Source: Candidatus Eiseniibacteriota bacterium (GTDB lineage Bacteria; Eisenbacteria; RBG-16-71-46; CAZAMP01). Taken from it: DNA of 64,000 nucleotides. The translations under genes and the position numbers were made by a program. Below the pieces are notes generated by a model. It was not told where the DNA came from, did not search any database, and saw only the letters and a program-made list of their open reading frames with translations. The stretch is from contig OZ245046.1 of the NCBI GenBank assembly GCA_965224245.1, forward strand, positions 480,001 through 544,000, read 5' to 3'. Below are positions 17,765 through 27,879 of this stretch, piece after piece. The stretch's first letter is position 1. Every line of letters begins with the position of its first letter.

Positions 17765-20700
17765 TTGCGTCTCGACTCGATAAAGCTGTTCGGGTTCAAG
17801 TCGTTCGCCGGCAAGGTGTCGGTGAAGCTCGGTGACGGGATCACCGGCGTCCTCGGACCGAACGGATGCGGAAAGTCGAACATCGCCGATGCGATCCGGT
17901 GGGTTCTCGGCGAGCAGTCGGCCAAGCACCTGCGCGGCAGCTCCATGGAGGACGTCATCTTCAAGGGGACGCGCGATCGCGCGCCGCTCGGCGTGGCCGA
18001 GGTCTTCCTGCACATCAAGAACGACAAGGGCCTGATGCCGATCGACTACACCGACGTGTCGGTCGGGCGACGCCTCTACCGCTCCGGACAGAGCGAGTAT
18101 CTGCTGAACAAGACGCCGTGTCGGCTGAAGGACATCCGCGGCCTGTTCCTGGATTCGGGCCTCGGCGTGCAGGCGTACTCGATCTTCGAACGCGAGATGA
18201 TCGACGAGATCCTCAACGACAACTCGACCAGGCGGCGCGAGATGTTCGAAGAGGCGTCGGGCATCATGAAGTACAAGATGCGCCGCAAGGAGGCCCTGCG
18301 GAAGCTCGATTCATCCAATCGCGACCTCGAGCGCGTCAACGACACGATCAGCGTGATCGATCGCGAGGTGCGCTCGCTGTCGCGCCAGGTCGGGCGCGCG
18401 CGGCGCTATCGCCGCCTCAAGCAGACGTACCGGGATCTCGACGTGGCCGCGAGCGCGCGCCGGGTCGCCCGGATCGGCGAACGCCGCCGCGAGCTCGAGC
18501 GGGGCCTCTCGGATGCGTCCGGTCACGAGACCGGGTTCAGCGCCGAGCTGCGCACCGGTGAGGCCGCGGTCGAAGCGCTGCGGCTCCAACTGCTGGAGCT
18601 GGGTGACGAGCTGTCCGGGGCGCGCGCCGGGCACGCCGAGCTCAAGGAGCAGGTGGCGGGGCGCCGGCAGCGTGTCGAGGTGCTCGTCGAGCGCCGCGAG
18701 GGGCTGGCTCGCTCGATCACCGAGCTGACCGGGCGAGCCGAGGAGGAAGGCATTCGATCGGTTCAGCTCCAGCGCGAGATCGAGATCTGCGAGCGCGAGC
18801 GGACCGAGGCCGAGACGGTGGCCTCCGAGCGCGAGCGGTCGCTCGAGCGAGAAGAGAGCGCGCTGGCCGCGCTCGAGTCCTCGCTCGGCGAGGAGCGCCG
18901 CCGGCTGGGTGATCTCCAGCAGCTCACGCTCGACCTGCGCGAACGCGCCACGCGCAACCAGCACGAGCTGGCGCGTGAGCGCACGCGCCTGGAGGAGATG
19001 GGTCTCCGGCGCGAGCGACTGGAATCGGACCGGCTCGAGAACCTCAACCGCGGAGCGTCGCTTCGCGAGCGCCTGGAGTCCCGGACCCGCGAGCGCCGGG
19101 AGATCGACGAGCGCGTGCAGGCGTCGACCGCCGCCATCGACGCGCTGGAGACCGATCGCAAGTCGTGCGCGGAGGAGATCGATCATGCGCGCGAGCATCT
19201 CCGCGAGGTGGGACGCGAACGCGCGACCATCGCCAGCCGCCTGGACACGCTCGAGGAGCTGCGCAAGAGCTACGAGGGCTACGACCAGGGTGTGCGTACG
19301 CTCCTCCTGTCTCCGCCCGACGGCGTCATCGGAGCCCTCACCGAGCTGATCGAGACCGATGCGTCGCTCTCCGGTGCGCTCGAGGCCGGCCTCGGCGATG
19401 CGATGCAGGCGGTGGTGGTCCGCGACGGCGGCGTGGCCGAACGCTGCCTCTCGCAGCTCTCGGCGAGTGAGCAGGGGCGGGCGACGTTCTGTCCAGTGCA
19501 TGAGATGTCCGAGATGCCACCACCGCGGCCGACGATCTCCGGCGACTGTCTGGCCGACCGGGTCTCGCCGCGCGACGCGGCGATGGCGCCGGTGATCGAG
19601 GCGATCCTCGGCCGCACGTTTCTCGCCGCCGATGCGGCCGAGGCGCGGGCACGCTCGCGCGAGCACGCGGGCACGACGTGGGTCACGAGAGCAGGTGAAG
19701 CGTTCCACGAGGACCGCCGCGTCTCGGGGGGATCGGCCGCCATCGGACGGCGCCTGATCATGCGGGAGACCGAGATCTCACGGCTCGAAGCCGAGGACGC
19801 GCGGCTGGCCCGAGAGCTGGCCGCGCAGGAGGAGGCCGTGGAGGCGCTCCGGGCGAGGCTGACCGACCTCGACGAGCGCCTCGGCGGCGCGCGCGAGGAC
19901 GTGACCGAGGTCCGCGCCGAGCAGGCCGACGCCCACGAGGCGGTGCGCCGCCTCGAGATCGAGCTCGGCCTCACCGAGGAGGAGGCGCGCGGCATCTCCA
20001 GCGAGCTCGAGTCGCTGGCCGCCACCGTGGACGCGATCAGTCAGCGCATTCGCGAGTGGGAGAACGTGGCCGATCGCGCCGAGGCGGAGGGGGCCGAGCA
20101 CGCGAGCGAGTGGGACTCCGTCGCGGCGCGCGTCGAGGTGCTGGACGCCGATCGCGAGGCCAAGCTGAAGGTCGTGGGGGACCTGCGGGTCAGCTTCGTG
20201 CAGGCCAGCGCCGAGCTGCAGTCTTGCCGCGCGCGGCACGAGCGGCTCGTGGCCGACCGGGATGCGTCCGAGGCGTCGGGCGGGGACTTCCGCCGGCGCA
20301 TCGACGAGGCCCGCATCCAGACCGACGAGATCGCGTCCGAGCTGGCCGAGCTGGAGTCGTCGCTCGAGGGCGCCGGCGAGGCCATCGAGACCGCGGGCAC
20401 GAAGGTGGACACGCTGTCCGCGCGCGAGGCCGATCTCCGCAATCAGTGGGGCGAGCGCGACCAGGTTCTGCAGCGGCTCCGGCGCCAGGTCACCGAGGCC
20501 CGCGACGAGATGCACAAGCTCGAGCTGGAGCTCTCGTCGCTGAGCGGTGAGGGGCAGCGCGTCCGGGATCACCTCTTCGACGAGCATCGTGTCGTCTTGC
20601 TGGACGAGACCGACGATGCGGGGATCCCGCTGATCGTGCGGCACGAGCGCCGCCGGGTCGTCGTCGAGCGACCCGACGGCAGCCGCGAGACGGGTGCCCC

Positions 20701-21634
20701 GGTCCTGAACGGCTCTCCGGCCGGGGCGGCGGCCGAGAACGGTCACGCGCCGTCGATCACGGACGTCGTGGGGCGCGGTACCGGTGAGGCGGACGGTGCG
20801 AGCCCGCCGGCGCCGGATGGGACCGACACGGCGGGCGACGTCGACGACCCGACGGGCGAGGGGCCGCGGACGCACGAAGAGGTCGTCGTGACCGACCCCA
20901 TGCCGGCCGATCCGCCGCCGGCGTTCCGCGACCGCCCGGAGGACGAGTGGGTGTCCGAGCTGGAGACCGTGCGCGACCAGGTCAAGAACTTCGGTCCGGT
21001 CAACGAGATGGCCGTCGAGGACTACGAGCTCAAGAAGGAGCGGCTCGACTTCCTGCGCGGTCAGCACGACGATCTGATCGCCGCACGGGACGCGCTCCTG
21101 GAGACGATTCGCAAGGTCAATCGCGAAGCCCGCGAGCGGTTCATGGCCACGTTCTCCCTGGCCAAGGAGAACTTCTCACGCCTGCACGGGATCCTGTTCC
21201 CCGGCGGCTTCGCCGAGCTGAAGCTCGAGGGCGACGACCCGCTCGAGGGTGACATCCTGATGGTGGCGCGTCCGAAGGGCAAGCGGGTCGAGTCGATCAA
21301 GCTGCTCTCGAGCGGCGAGCGCGCGCTGACGGCGCTGGCGCTGATCTTCGCGGTGTATCTGATCAAGCCGTCCCCATTCTGCATTCTCGACGAGGTCGAC
21401 GCACCGCTCGACGATGCAAACATCGATCGCTTCGTGGATCTGATCCGCGAGTTCAGCGGCAAGACGCAGTTCATCATGATCACGCACAACAAGCGGACCA
21501 TGGAGGCGTGCGACGCCCTGTACGGCGTGACGATGCAGGACCCGGGTGTTTCGAAGCTGGTCTCGGTGCAGCTGCACGACGGCAGTCTCCACGTCGACGG
21601 ACAGCACGCCCCCGAGTTCATCACGACCGGCTAG
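17765..21634 (+). CDS. smc: Chromosome segregation protein SMC
   Basis: GFKSF, Walker A GPNGCGKSN, long coiled coils, hinge, LSSGE signature, Walker B/D-loop ILDEVDAPLD, ITH. Confidence 0.97.
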   Translation: MRLDSIKLFGFKSFAGKVSVKLGDGITGVLGPNGCGKSNIADAIRWVLGEQSAKHLRGSSMEDVIFKGTRDRAPLGVAEVFLHIKNDKGLMPIDYTDVSVGRRLYRSGQSEYLLNKTPCRLKDIRGLFLDSGLGVQAYSIFEREMIDEILNDNSTRRREMFEEASGIMKYKMRRKEALRKLDSSNRDLERVNDTISVIDREVRSLSRQVGRARRYRRLKQTYRDLDVAASARRVARIGERRRELERGLSDASGHETGFSAELRTGEAAVEALRLQLLELGDELSGARAGHAELKEQVAGRRQRVEVLVERREGLARSITELTGRAEEEGIRSVQLQREIEICERERTEAETVASERERSLEREESALAALESSLGEERRRLGDLQQLTLDLRERATRNQHELARERTRLEEMGLRRERLESDRLENLNRGASLRERLESRTRERREIDERVQASTAAIDALETDRKSCAEEIDHAREHLREVGRERATIASRLDTLEELRKSYEGYDQGVRTLLLSPPDGVIGALTELIETDASLSGALEAGLGDAMQAVVVRDGGVAERCLSQLSASEQGRATFCPVHEMSEMPPPRPTISGDCLADRVSPRDAAMAPVIEAILGRTFLAADAAEARARSREHAGTTWVTRAGEAFHEDRRVSGGSAAIGRRLIMRETEISRLEAEDARLARELAAQEEAVEALRARLTDLDERLGGAREDVTEVRAEQADAHEAVRRLEIELGLTEEEARGISSELESLAATVDAISQRIREWENVADRAEAEGAEHASEWDSVAARVEVLDADREAKLKVVGDLRVSFVQASAELQSCRARHERLVADRDASEASGGDFRRRIDEARIQTDEIASELAELESSLEGAGEAIETAGTKVDTLSAREADLRNQWGERDQVLQRLRRQVTEARDEMHKLELELSSLSGEGQRVRDHLFDEHRVVLLDETDDAGIPLIVRHERRRVVVERPDGSRETGAPVLNGSPAGAAAENGHAPSITDVVGRGTGEADGASPPAPDGTDTAGDVDDPTGEGPRTHEEVVVTDPMPADPPPAFRDRPEDEWVSELETVRDQVKNFGPVNEMAVEDYELKKERLDFLRGQHDDLIAARDALLETIRKVNREARERFMATFSLAKENFSRLHGILFPGGFAELKLEGDDPLEGDILMVARPKGKRVESIKLLSSGERALTALALIFAVYLIKPSPFCILDEVDAPLDDANIDRFVDLIREFSGKTQFIMITHNKRTMEACDALYGVTMQDPGVSKLVSVQLHDGSLHVDGQHAPEFITTG

Positions 21635-21674
21635 AGGGGCGGGCACCGCCCGCCCGCGGGTGTGAGGCGCTGAG

Positions 21675-22778
21675 ATGAGCAAGGGCTACGAGGACGACCC
21701 CAGACGCATGTCGTTCCTCGAGCACCTCGGCGAGCTCCGGATGGTGCTCATCCACGTGGCCATCATCGTGCTGGTCGGGCTGGCCGGTGCGTGGCTGTTC
21801 TCCGGCCGCCTCCTCGATTTCCTGATCGTTCGGCTGGGTCTGGAGAACGTGCAGTTCATCAGCCCGATGGAGCCGTTCAACGCGCGCTTCAAGGTCGCCC
21901 TCATCGTGGGGCTGATGGCCGGCATGCCGGTGATCGCGTTCCGCGTCTGGGCGTTCGTGGTGCCCGCGTTGCACCGTTCCGAGCGACGGATCGTCGTACC
22001 GAGCGCGCTGGCCACGTCGTTCCTGTTCGCGGCGGGCACCGCGTTCGCGATCCTCGTGCTCACGCCGCTCATGCTGAAGCTCCTGGTCGGGTTCGGAACC
22101 GAACACGCCGAGGCCCACCTCGCGCTCGGTCCGGTGCTGGCGTTCGTGCTCCGGATGTCGCTGGCCTGCGCGCTGCTCTTCCAGCTCCCGCTCGTGCTCG
22201 CGATCACGTCGATGATCGGGCTCACGAGCCCCCGGATGCTGATGGGCAAGTGGCGTCACGCGATCGTGCTGATGTTCGTGCTGGCTGCGATCGTGACCCC
22301 GGGAGACGGGCCGTCTCAGGTGGTGCTGGCGGCGCCGCTCGTGCTCCTGTACTTCGTCAGCGTTCTCGTGTCGTGGTTGATCTGGCGCGCGCGCGGGCGC
22401 CACGCGGCCGAGCGGCGACGGTCGGCGTCGGACGCCGGCGCGCCGCCGGGTGATCCGGGTGCGCCCGACGGATCCCGTGCGCCGTCCGGCTCACCGTCGG
22501 GCCCGTCCGGCTCGTCTCGTGTACCGGCCGACGATTCCGCACCGGGTACCCGGCCCCCGGATCGCGATCCGCGCCGCCCGCGGGCGCTCACGCCGCTCGG
22601 CGCCGAACGACCGCCGGTCTCACCCGAGGACGCCGACAACGGCGAACGGCGGACGACGCCCCCCAAGGGAACGCTGGGCCGCGGCCGGCTCGAGCCGGAC
22701 GCGCGCGGCGCCTCCACACCCGAGGGCGCACCGGGCGACGTCGACCCACACGAGGGAGATCCCGATGACCGACCCTGA
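21675..22778 (+). CDS. tatC: Twin-arginine translocase TatC with long Pro/Gly-rich C-terminal tail
   Basis: MSFLEHLGELR, SPMEPF, WAFVVPAL, FQLP, AAIVTPGDG; six TM helices. Confidence 0.93.
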   Translation: MSKGYEDDPRRMSFLEHLGELRMVLIHVAIIVLVGLAGAWLFSGRLLDFLIVRLGLENVQFISPMEPFNARFKVALIVGLMAGMPVIAFRVWAFVVPALHRSERRIVVPSALATSFLFAAGTAFAILVLTPLMLKLLVGFGTEHAEAHLALGPVLAFVLRMSLACALLFQLPLVLAITSMIGLTSPRMLMGKWRHAIVLMFVLAAIVTPGDGPSQVVLAAPLVLLYFVSVLVSWLIWRARGRHAAERRRSASDAGAPPGDPGAPDGSRAPSGSPSGPSGSSRVPADDSAPGTRPPDRDPRRPRALTPLGAERPPVSPEDADNGERRTTPPKGTLGRGRLEPDARGASTPEGAPGDVDPHEGDPDDRP

Positions 22779-23556
22779 CACACGCGCCTTCCTGGCGATC
22801 GATGCGGGAAACACGACCGTCGTGGTCGGCCTGTTCCGGGGTGAGACTCTGGAGGACAGCTGGCGTCTCTCCAGTCAGACCAGTCGCACGGGCGACGAGA
22901 TCGCTCTGACGCTGCGGGGTCTTCTTGGCGACCACGTCGACGACGTGCGCGCCGGCGGGCACGTCGGCATCGCGTCGGTCGTGCCTCAGCTCACGGTGCA
23001 TCTGGAGCGGGCGACCGAGCGGCTCTTCGGCCGGCGTGCGTTCCGGGTGACGGCCGACTCCGACCTCGGGATCCCGGTGCGGTACCAGGACCCGTCGCAG
23101 ATCGGGCCCGATCGGCTCTGCAACGCCGTCGCCGTCGGCGCCGAGCACGGACGCCCCGCGATCGTGGTCGACCTGGGCACGACGACCAACTTCGACGTCG
23201 TCGCCGAGGATGGAGCGTTCGAGGGCGGCACCATCGCCCCCGGGTACTTCTCGTCGGCCGAGGAACTGTTCCGGCGTGCGGCACGCCTGCCCCGCGTGGA
23301 GCTCGGCGCGCCGCGTTCGGCGATTGGCCGGACGACCGAGGAGGCCATCCGCTCGGGGATCGTCTACGGCACGGTGGGGCAGATCGACGGGATCGTGCGG
23401 CGGATCGCGTCGGAGATGAGCGCACAGCCGATCGTGGTGGCCACCGGCGGGCTGGCCGAGGCCGTCTTCCAGGCCTCCGAGACGATCGATCGGGTGGATC
23501 TGGCTCTCACGCTGAAGGGCATTCGCCGTGTCGCCGAGGCCGCTCCGCCCGCGTGA
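22765..23556 (+). CDS. coaX: Type III pantothenate kinase
   Basis: LAIDAGNT, IASVVP, GPDR, VVDLGTTT, GGTIAPG, VATGG. Confidence 0.95.
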   Translation: MTDPDTRAFLAIDAGNTTVVVGLFRGETLEDSWRLSSQTSRTGDEIALTLRGLLGDHVDDVRAGGHVGIASVVPQLTVHLERATERLFGRRAFRVTADSDLGIPVRYQDPSQIGPDRLCNAVAVGAEHGRPAIVVDLGTTTNFDVVAEDGAFEGGTIAPGYFSSAEELFRRAARLPRVELGAPRSAIGRTTEEAIRSGIVYGTVGQIDGIVRRIASEMSAQPIVVATGGLAEAVFQASETIDRVDLALTLKGIRRVAEAAPPA

Positions 23557-23772
23557 CCCGCAAAGGCGCGCCCGGCCGACGGCTGCGTCCAGCCTGCGGC
23601 GATTCATCCCGGCCGCTCTCCGCGCGGGGAGCGTCTCGCATCAGCCGAAGCCTCCGGGGCACGCGGTTCCCGTGCCTCACCCGCTCGGACCCGCCGATAC
23701 ATCCGGCGATCACCATCGATTCGCATCCCCGACGCCGGCCCGCGGCTTCGCGCGTGCGGTCAGGAGGCCAGA

Positions 23773-25821
23773 GTGGGTGGCACCAAGCGCTTCGCGGCGG
23801 GACGACTCGGCCCGATACCGGTCGCGCTGTCCGCGATCCTCGTCATCGCGAGCTGCGACCTCGAGTCCCCACAGGCGCCGACGTTCGAGACCCAGGTGAC
23901 GATCCCCATGTCCGAGCACCGGATCAGCATCGCCGAGATCATCGCCGACATCGAGGGCATCGAGGTCGACGACGACGACATCCGGCTGACCGTGTCGGGG
24001 ACGGGAGATCCGGTATCGATCGACGACGAGCTGTCGGTCTCGGTGCAAGGGACCCACGTCGACTCCGAGCTCGGCCCGTTCGAGCTGAACGAGGGTCTCG
24101 AGACCGAGGCGGTGTTCACGTTCGACGAGATCGCTCCGCCCGGAACCGTCGAGGGTACGTACCCGGTTCCGCCGTTCGCGTTCGCGCTGCCCGAGCGCAC
24201 CACTCCGGGGCTCGACGGTGTCTCGCAGGTGACGTTCGCGAGCGGATCGCTCGTGCTGACCGTCGTCAACAACCTCGCGGTCGATCTCGGCGGATGCGTC
24301 CCCGACGTCGAGGTGGAGATCCGCGACGGGGTCTCGGGGCAGACGCTCGCCACCTGGACCCCGCCGTCGGGCATCCCGGCCGGCGGCAGCGTCCAGAGCG
24401 TGGTCGACCTGGCCGGCATCACGATGTCGGACGATCTCCGGGTGACGATCAGCGGCTGCTCGCCGGGTAGCGGGACGCCGGTGGACGTGCGCTACAGCGA
24501 CACGGTCATCGTGCGAGCCTCGCTCGACGGCGTGACGGCCGAGAGCGCGCTGGCCGAGATCCCTCCCCAGGCCTTCGGCACCTCCGGGACCACGCCCTGG
24601 GACGACGACCTCGCGCTCACCGACGCCCTCGTCAGTGCGGGGAGCGCGTCGGTCGTCGTGGGGAACACGTCGCCGCTCGACGTCGACATGGAGCTGCGCT
24701 TCCCGGAGTTCACGCGCGACGGCGGCCCGCTCGGCTTCGTCCTCCGCGTGCCCGCCGCCTCCAGCCTCGAGGCCACGGTCGATTTCGCCGGGGCGAGCTT
24801 CGCGTCGCCGACCGACGTGACCGAGGCGGCGTACATGGTCTCCGCGACGACGTCGGGGTCGGGCGGGGCCGAGGTCTTCGTGACGTCCGAGGACGGCCTC
24901 GCGATCGACGTGAGCGACATCGCGCTGGAGTTCGAGTGGGTGGAGGGCACTCCCGACCCGATGGAGAAGACGTTCGGTCCGGTGACCGAGACCGTCGAGT
25001 GGCCGGAGGAGACGAACGGCTTCGCGCCCGCGGCGGCCACGGTCGTGTTCAGCGTCGCGTCCAGTGTCGGAGCGGAGGTCGCCGGCGAGATCGTCATCAC
25101 CGGGACCGACGCCGACGGGGTGGAGACGACGATCACCGAGCCGGCGACGATCGCGGCGGGATCGCTCGCGGCGCCGGTCACGACCGACGTCGTGCTCGAC
25201 GAGACGAACAGCGACATCCTCGACGTGCTGGCCGTTTTCCCGACGCGCATCGACGTGTCGGGCACGTTCGAGCTGGGCGACGGGGCGACCCCGGTTCGGC
25301 TCGAGCGTGGCGGGTCGCTGAACGCGAGCTATCAGGTGATCGTGCCGTTCGCCTTCGCGATCGGTGCCGCGTCCATCGAGCTGGATCCGTACGACGTGCA
25401 GCTCGACGCCGACATCCAGGATCTCCTGTCCGACGACGCCTCGGGCGCGACGCTGACCGCACGGCTCACCAACGGGCTTCCGTTCGGTGCGGCGGCGGTG
25501 CTCGTGTTCTCGCCCGAGCTGGAGACGCTGTTCACGAGCCCCGAACTGGAGCTGGAGCCGCTCGCGGCCGAGCCGGCCGAGGTCGACGCCGTCTCGGGCA
25601 AGACGGTCGTGGCCACCGACAGCCGGAACGTCGTCACGCTCGGGGAGGCCGATCTCCAGACGATCTCACGGCCGAGCATCTATCTCGGTGTGCGGATCGA
25701 TCTGTCCGAGAGCCCCGGCGTCGTCGTGGTCTCGCCGACCGACGAGCTGGTCGTCGAGGCGTACTTGACACTGGACGTCACCGTGAGCGACGGCGTTCTG
25801 AGCGGGAGCGATGAGGAATGA
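23773..25821 (+). CDS. Uncharacterised acidic, beta-rich lipoprotein
   Basis: GTG after AGGAGG; signal peptide with lipobox-like VIASC; D/E/T/V-rich with alternating beta-strand patterns. Confidence 0.75.
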   Translation: MGGTKRFAAGRLGPIPVALSAILVIASCDLESPQAPTFETQVTIPMSEHRISIAEIIADIEGIEVDDDDIRLTVSGTGDPVSIDDELSVSVQGTHVDSELGPFELNEGLETEAVFTFDEIAPPGTVEGTYPVPPFAFALPERTTPGLDGVSQVTFASGSLVLTVVNNLAVDLGGCVPDVEVEIRDGVSGQTLATWTPPSGIPAGGSVQSVVDLAGITMSDDLRVTISGCSPGSGTPVDVRYSDTVIVRASLDGVTAESALAEIPPQAFGTSGTTPWDDDLALTDALVSAGSASVVVGNTSPLDVDMELRFPEFTRDGGPLGFVLRVPAASSLEATVDFAGASFASPTDVTEAAYMVSATTSGSGGAEVFVTSEDGLAIDVSDIALEFEWVEGTPDPMEKTFGPVTETVEWPEETNGFAPAAATVVFSVASSVGAEVAGEIVITGTDADGVETTITEPATIAAGSLAAPVTTDVVLDETNSDILDVLAVFPTRIDVSGTFELGDGATPVRLERGGSLNASYQVIVPFAFAIGAASIELDPYDVQLDADIQDLLSDDASGATLTARLTNGLPFGAAAVLVFSPELETLFTSPELELEPLAAEPAEVDAVSGKTVVATDSRNVVTLGEADLQTISRPSIYLGVRIDLSESPGVVVVSPTDELVVEAYLTLDVTVSDGVLSGSDEE

Positions 25822-27125
25822 GCCACCCGGACCACACATCCGCGTCACCGGCCGGCCGGACGCGCGCCGCTCTCGTGATGCTGGGTGCGATCGGGGCGAC
25901 GCTGGCCACGGGAGCCGCGGACCCCGCGCACGCGGCCGGCACGCACGCGCAGGGCATGGGCGGGGCCGCGATCGCGGTGCCCGATCCCGTTCTCAGCGGC
26001 AGGGACAACCCCGCATTCCTCGGTGTGGCGGGATCACGTGGGTTCCGCATGACGATGTTCGACGTCGGGCTCGCGCTCGGCAACAGCGCGTTCTCGCTCG
26101 ACGACTACACGACCTACAACGGCGCGACGCTCACCGAGGAGGACGAGGACGTCATCCTGGACAGCGTGGGCGACGAGGGCTGGACCCTCGGCGCGCTGGC
26201 CGAGGGGTCGGGTCCCACGGTTGCATTCGGATCGATCGCATTCGGGGCCCGCGCCATCGGCTACGGCGGCGGACGCATTCCGCGCGAGGTGCTCGAACTC
26301 GTGTTCGACGGCAACGTGCTGGGCGAGAGCGTGGACTTCAGCTCGGCGACCGGTGGTGGCTGGGCCGCCGCCGAGGTGCACGTCGCCACCGGCTTCGATC
26401 TCGGGCACCGGTACGGCGGGTCGACCGGCGTCGGCGTCCGGGCACGGTATCTCCGGGGGCTCTGGTTCGCGGGCGTCATCCACTCCGAGGGTCGGATCAC
26501 CACCGCCGTGGACTCGCTCTACGGCTCGGCGGCGCTGGACCTGCGCACCGCCACCGGCGGATCGGGCTATGCGCTGGATCTGGGCGTCGTGCACAATCGG
26601 GACCGCTGGAACCTCGGGCTCCGCATCGAGGGGCTCCTGGCCTCCATGCGGTGGAGCTCCGGGACCGAGATCCGCCGGTTCGTGGCCGAGACCGATGCGT
26701 CCGACCTGATCGACCTGGGCGGCGACGGGACGACCGACGAGAACGGCGTCGACACGCGCGAGGAACGGCTCGCCGCCGCCGCGTTCTCGTCGCGGCCACC
26801 GCTGCGGATGGGCGTCGGCGCCGCGTATCAGCTCGACGGCTGGATCTTCGCCGGAGACGTCGATCACACCGCGCTCGGCCTCTCCGTCGGGGAAGACCCG
26901 TGGCGGATCTCGGCGGGCGTCGAGCGGCTGCTGTTCGGCCGCGCGCTGAGTCTCAGGGCCGGGAGCGTCGTCGGGGGACGCGCCGGGCCGGCGGTGACCG
27001 GCGGCTTCACGACACAGGTCGGTCCGTGGCGCTTCGATCTCGACGCGGGCACGTACGCGACCCTCTCGCCGAGCGCGCCGAAGGGACTGCGCATCGCCAT
27101 CGGGAGCGCGCTCGTGTTCGGGTAG
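25818..27125 (+). CDS. Outer-membrane beta-barrel, FadL/PorV/TraF(DUF5723)-like
   Basis: Signal peptide ending AHA; N-terminal AQGMGGA..NPAFL hatch-like motif; GSGYALDLG; amphipathic strands; ends ALVFG. Confidence 0.7.
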   Translation: MSHPDHTSASPAGRTRAALVMLGAIGATLATGAADPAHAAGTHAQGMGGAAIAVPDPVLSGRDNPAFLGVAGSRGFRMTMFDVGLALGNSAFSLDDYTTYNGATLTEEDEDVILDSVGDEGWTLGALAEGSGPTVAFGSIAFGARAIGYGGGRIPREVLELVFDGNVLGESVDFSSATGGGWAAAEVHVATGFDLGHRYGGSTGVGVRARYLRGLWFAGVIHSEGRITTAVDSLYGSAALDLRTATGGSGYALDLGVVHNRDRWNLGLRIEGLLASMRWSSGTEIRRFVAETDASDLIDLGGDGTTDENGVDTREERLAAAAFSSRPPLRMGVGAAYQLDGWIFAGDVDHTALGLSVGEDPWRISAGVERLLFGRALSLRAGSVVGGRAGPAVTGGFTTQVGPWRFDLDAGTYATLSPSAPKGLRIAIGSALVFG

Positions 27126-27146
27126 CTCCCGCGAAAGGGGCATCGG

Positions 27147-27776
27147 GTGCACGTGCCGGACGCCGTCGATCACCTCGTGTGGGGAGGGGCGGATCTGGAC
27201 GCCGAGGTCGAGCGACTCGAACGCCTCCTCGGCGTCCGTGCGGCGGTCGGCGGACGGCACCCCGGTAGGGGCACGCACAACGCGGTCATCGGGCTCGGAC
27301 CGGAGACCTATCTCGAGATCATCACCCCCGATGCCTCGCAGCCGGAGCCCGAGGGTCCCCGACCGTTCGGACTGGATTCGCTCGACACGCCGCGGCTCGT
27401 CGCGTGGTCCGTCCGCGCTTCCGATCTCGCGGCCCGGGCGCGGCGCGCGCGGGCCGCCGGCCTGCCGCTCGGACCCGTGAGCGAGATGAGTCGGCGCCGC
27501 GCCGATGGCACGCTCCTCGAGTGGACGCTGACCGCGCTCCCGACCGACGCCGTCCGGCCGGCGATCCCCTTCCTGATCGACTGGGGGCGTACGCCGCATC
27601 CCGCGGCGACGGCGCCGCCGGGCTGCCGGCTCGTCGCGCTCTCCGGGACCGATCCCGACGCGGGCCGCTGGCGCCCCTTGCTCGCGTCGATCGGCGTCCG
27701 GCTCACACTCGAGGAGGGCCCGGGGGGGCTCGCGGCCCTGGTCCGGGGCCCGGCGGGGCCGGTCGCGCTCCGCTGA
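27147..27776 (+). CDS. VOC/glyoxalase-like domain protein (Glyoxalase_3)
   Basis: VDHLV, GGRHPGRGTHNA, YLEII, PFLIDW. Confidence 0.85.
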   Translation: MHVPDAVDHLVWGGADLDAEVERLERLLGVRAAVGGRHPGRGTHNAVIGLGPETYLEIITPDASQPEPEGPRPFGLDSLDTPRLVAWSVRASDLAARARRARAAGLPLGPVSEMSRRRADGTLLEWTLTALPTDAVRPAIPFLIDWGRTPHPAATAPPGCRLVALSGTDPDAGRWRPLLASIGVRLTLEEGPGGLAALVRGPAGPVALR

Positions 27777-27794
27777 CGGCGTCCCAACCCCTCC

Positions 27795-27824
27795 TTGACA
27801 CTCCGATCGGTCGAGACGTACGCT
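27795..27824 (+). promoter_or_regulatory. Putative sigma70 promoter of the folB operon
   Basis: TTGACA-N18-TACGCT followed by an AT-rich leader. Confidence 0.55.
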
Positions 27825-27879
27825 CCTACCGGTTTGACGTGCCTCAATTCATTCTTTTTCATAGGGTTACGAGGGCACC

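Noticed and set aside
20600-20940. Intein in SMC (also considered for dnaE)
   Set aside because: No C/S start with HN-C/S/T end and no endonuclease motifs; dnaE is of normal length.
23658-23676. GGCACG-N7-CGTGCC inverted repeat as a sigma54 promoter for the lipoprotein operon
   Set aside because: The -12 GC is absent (CC at that position); it may be a hairpin or operator but is unsupported.
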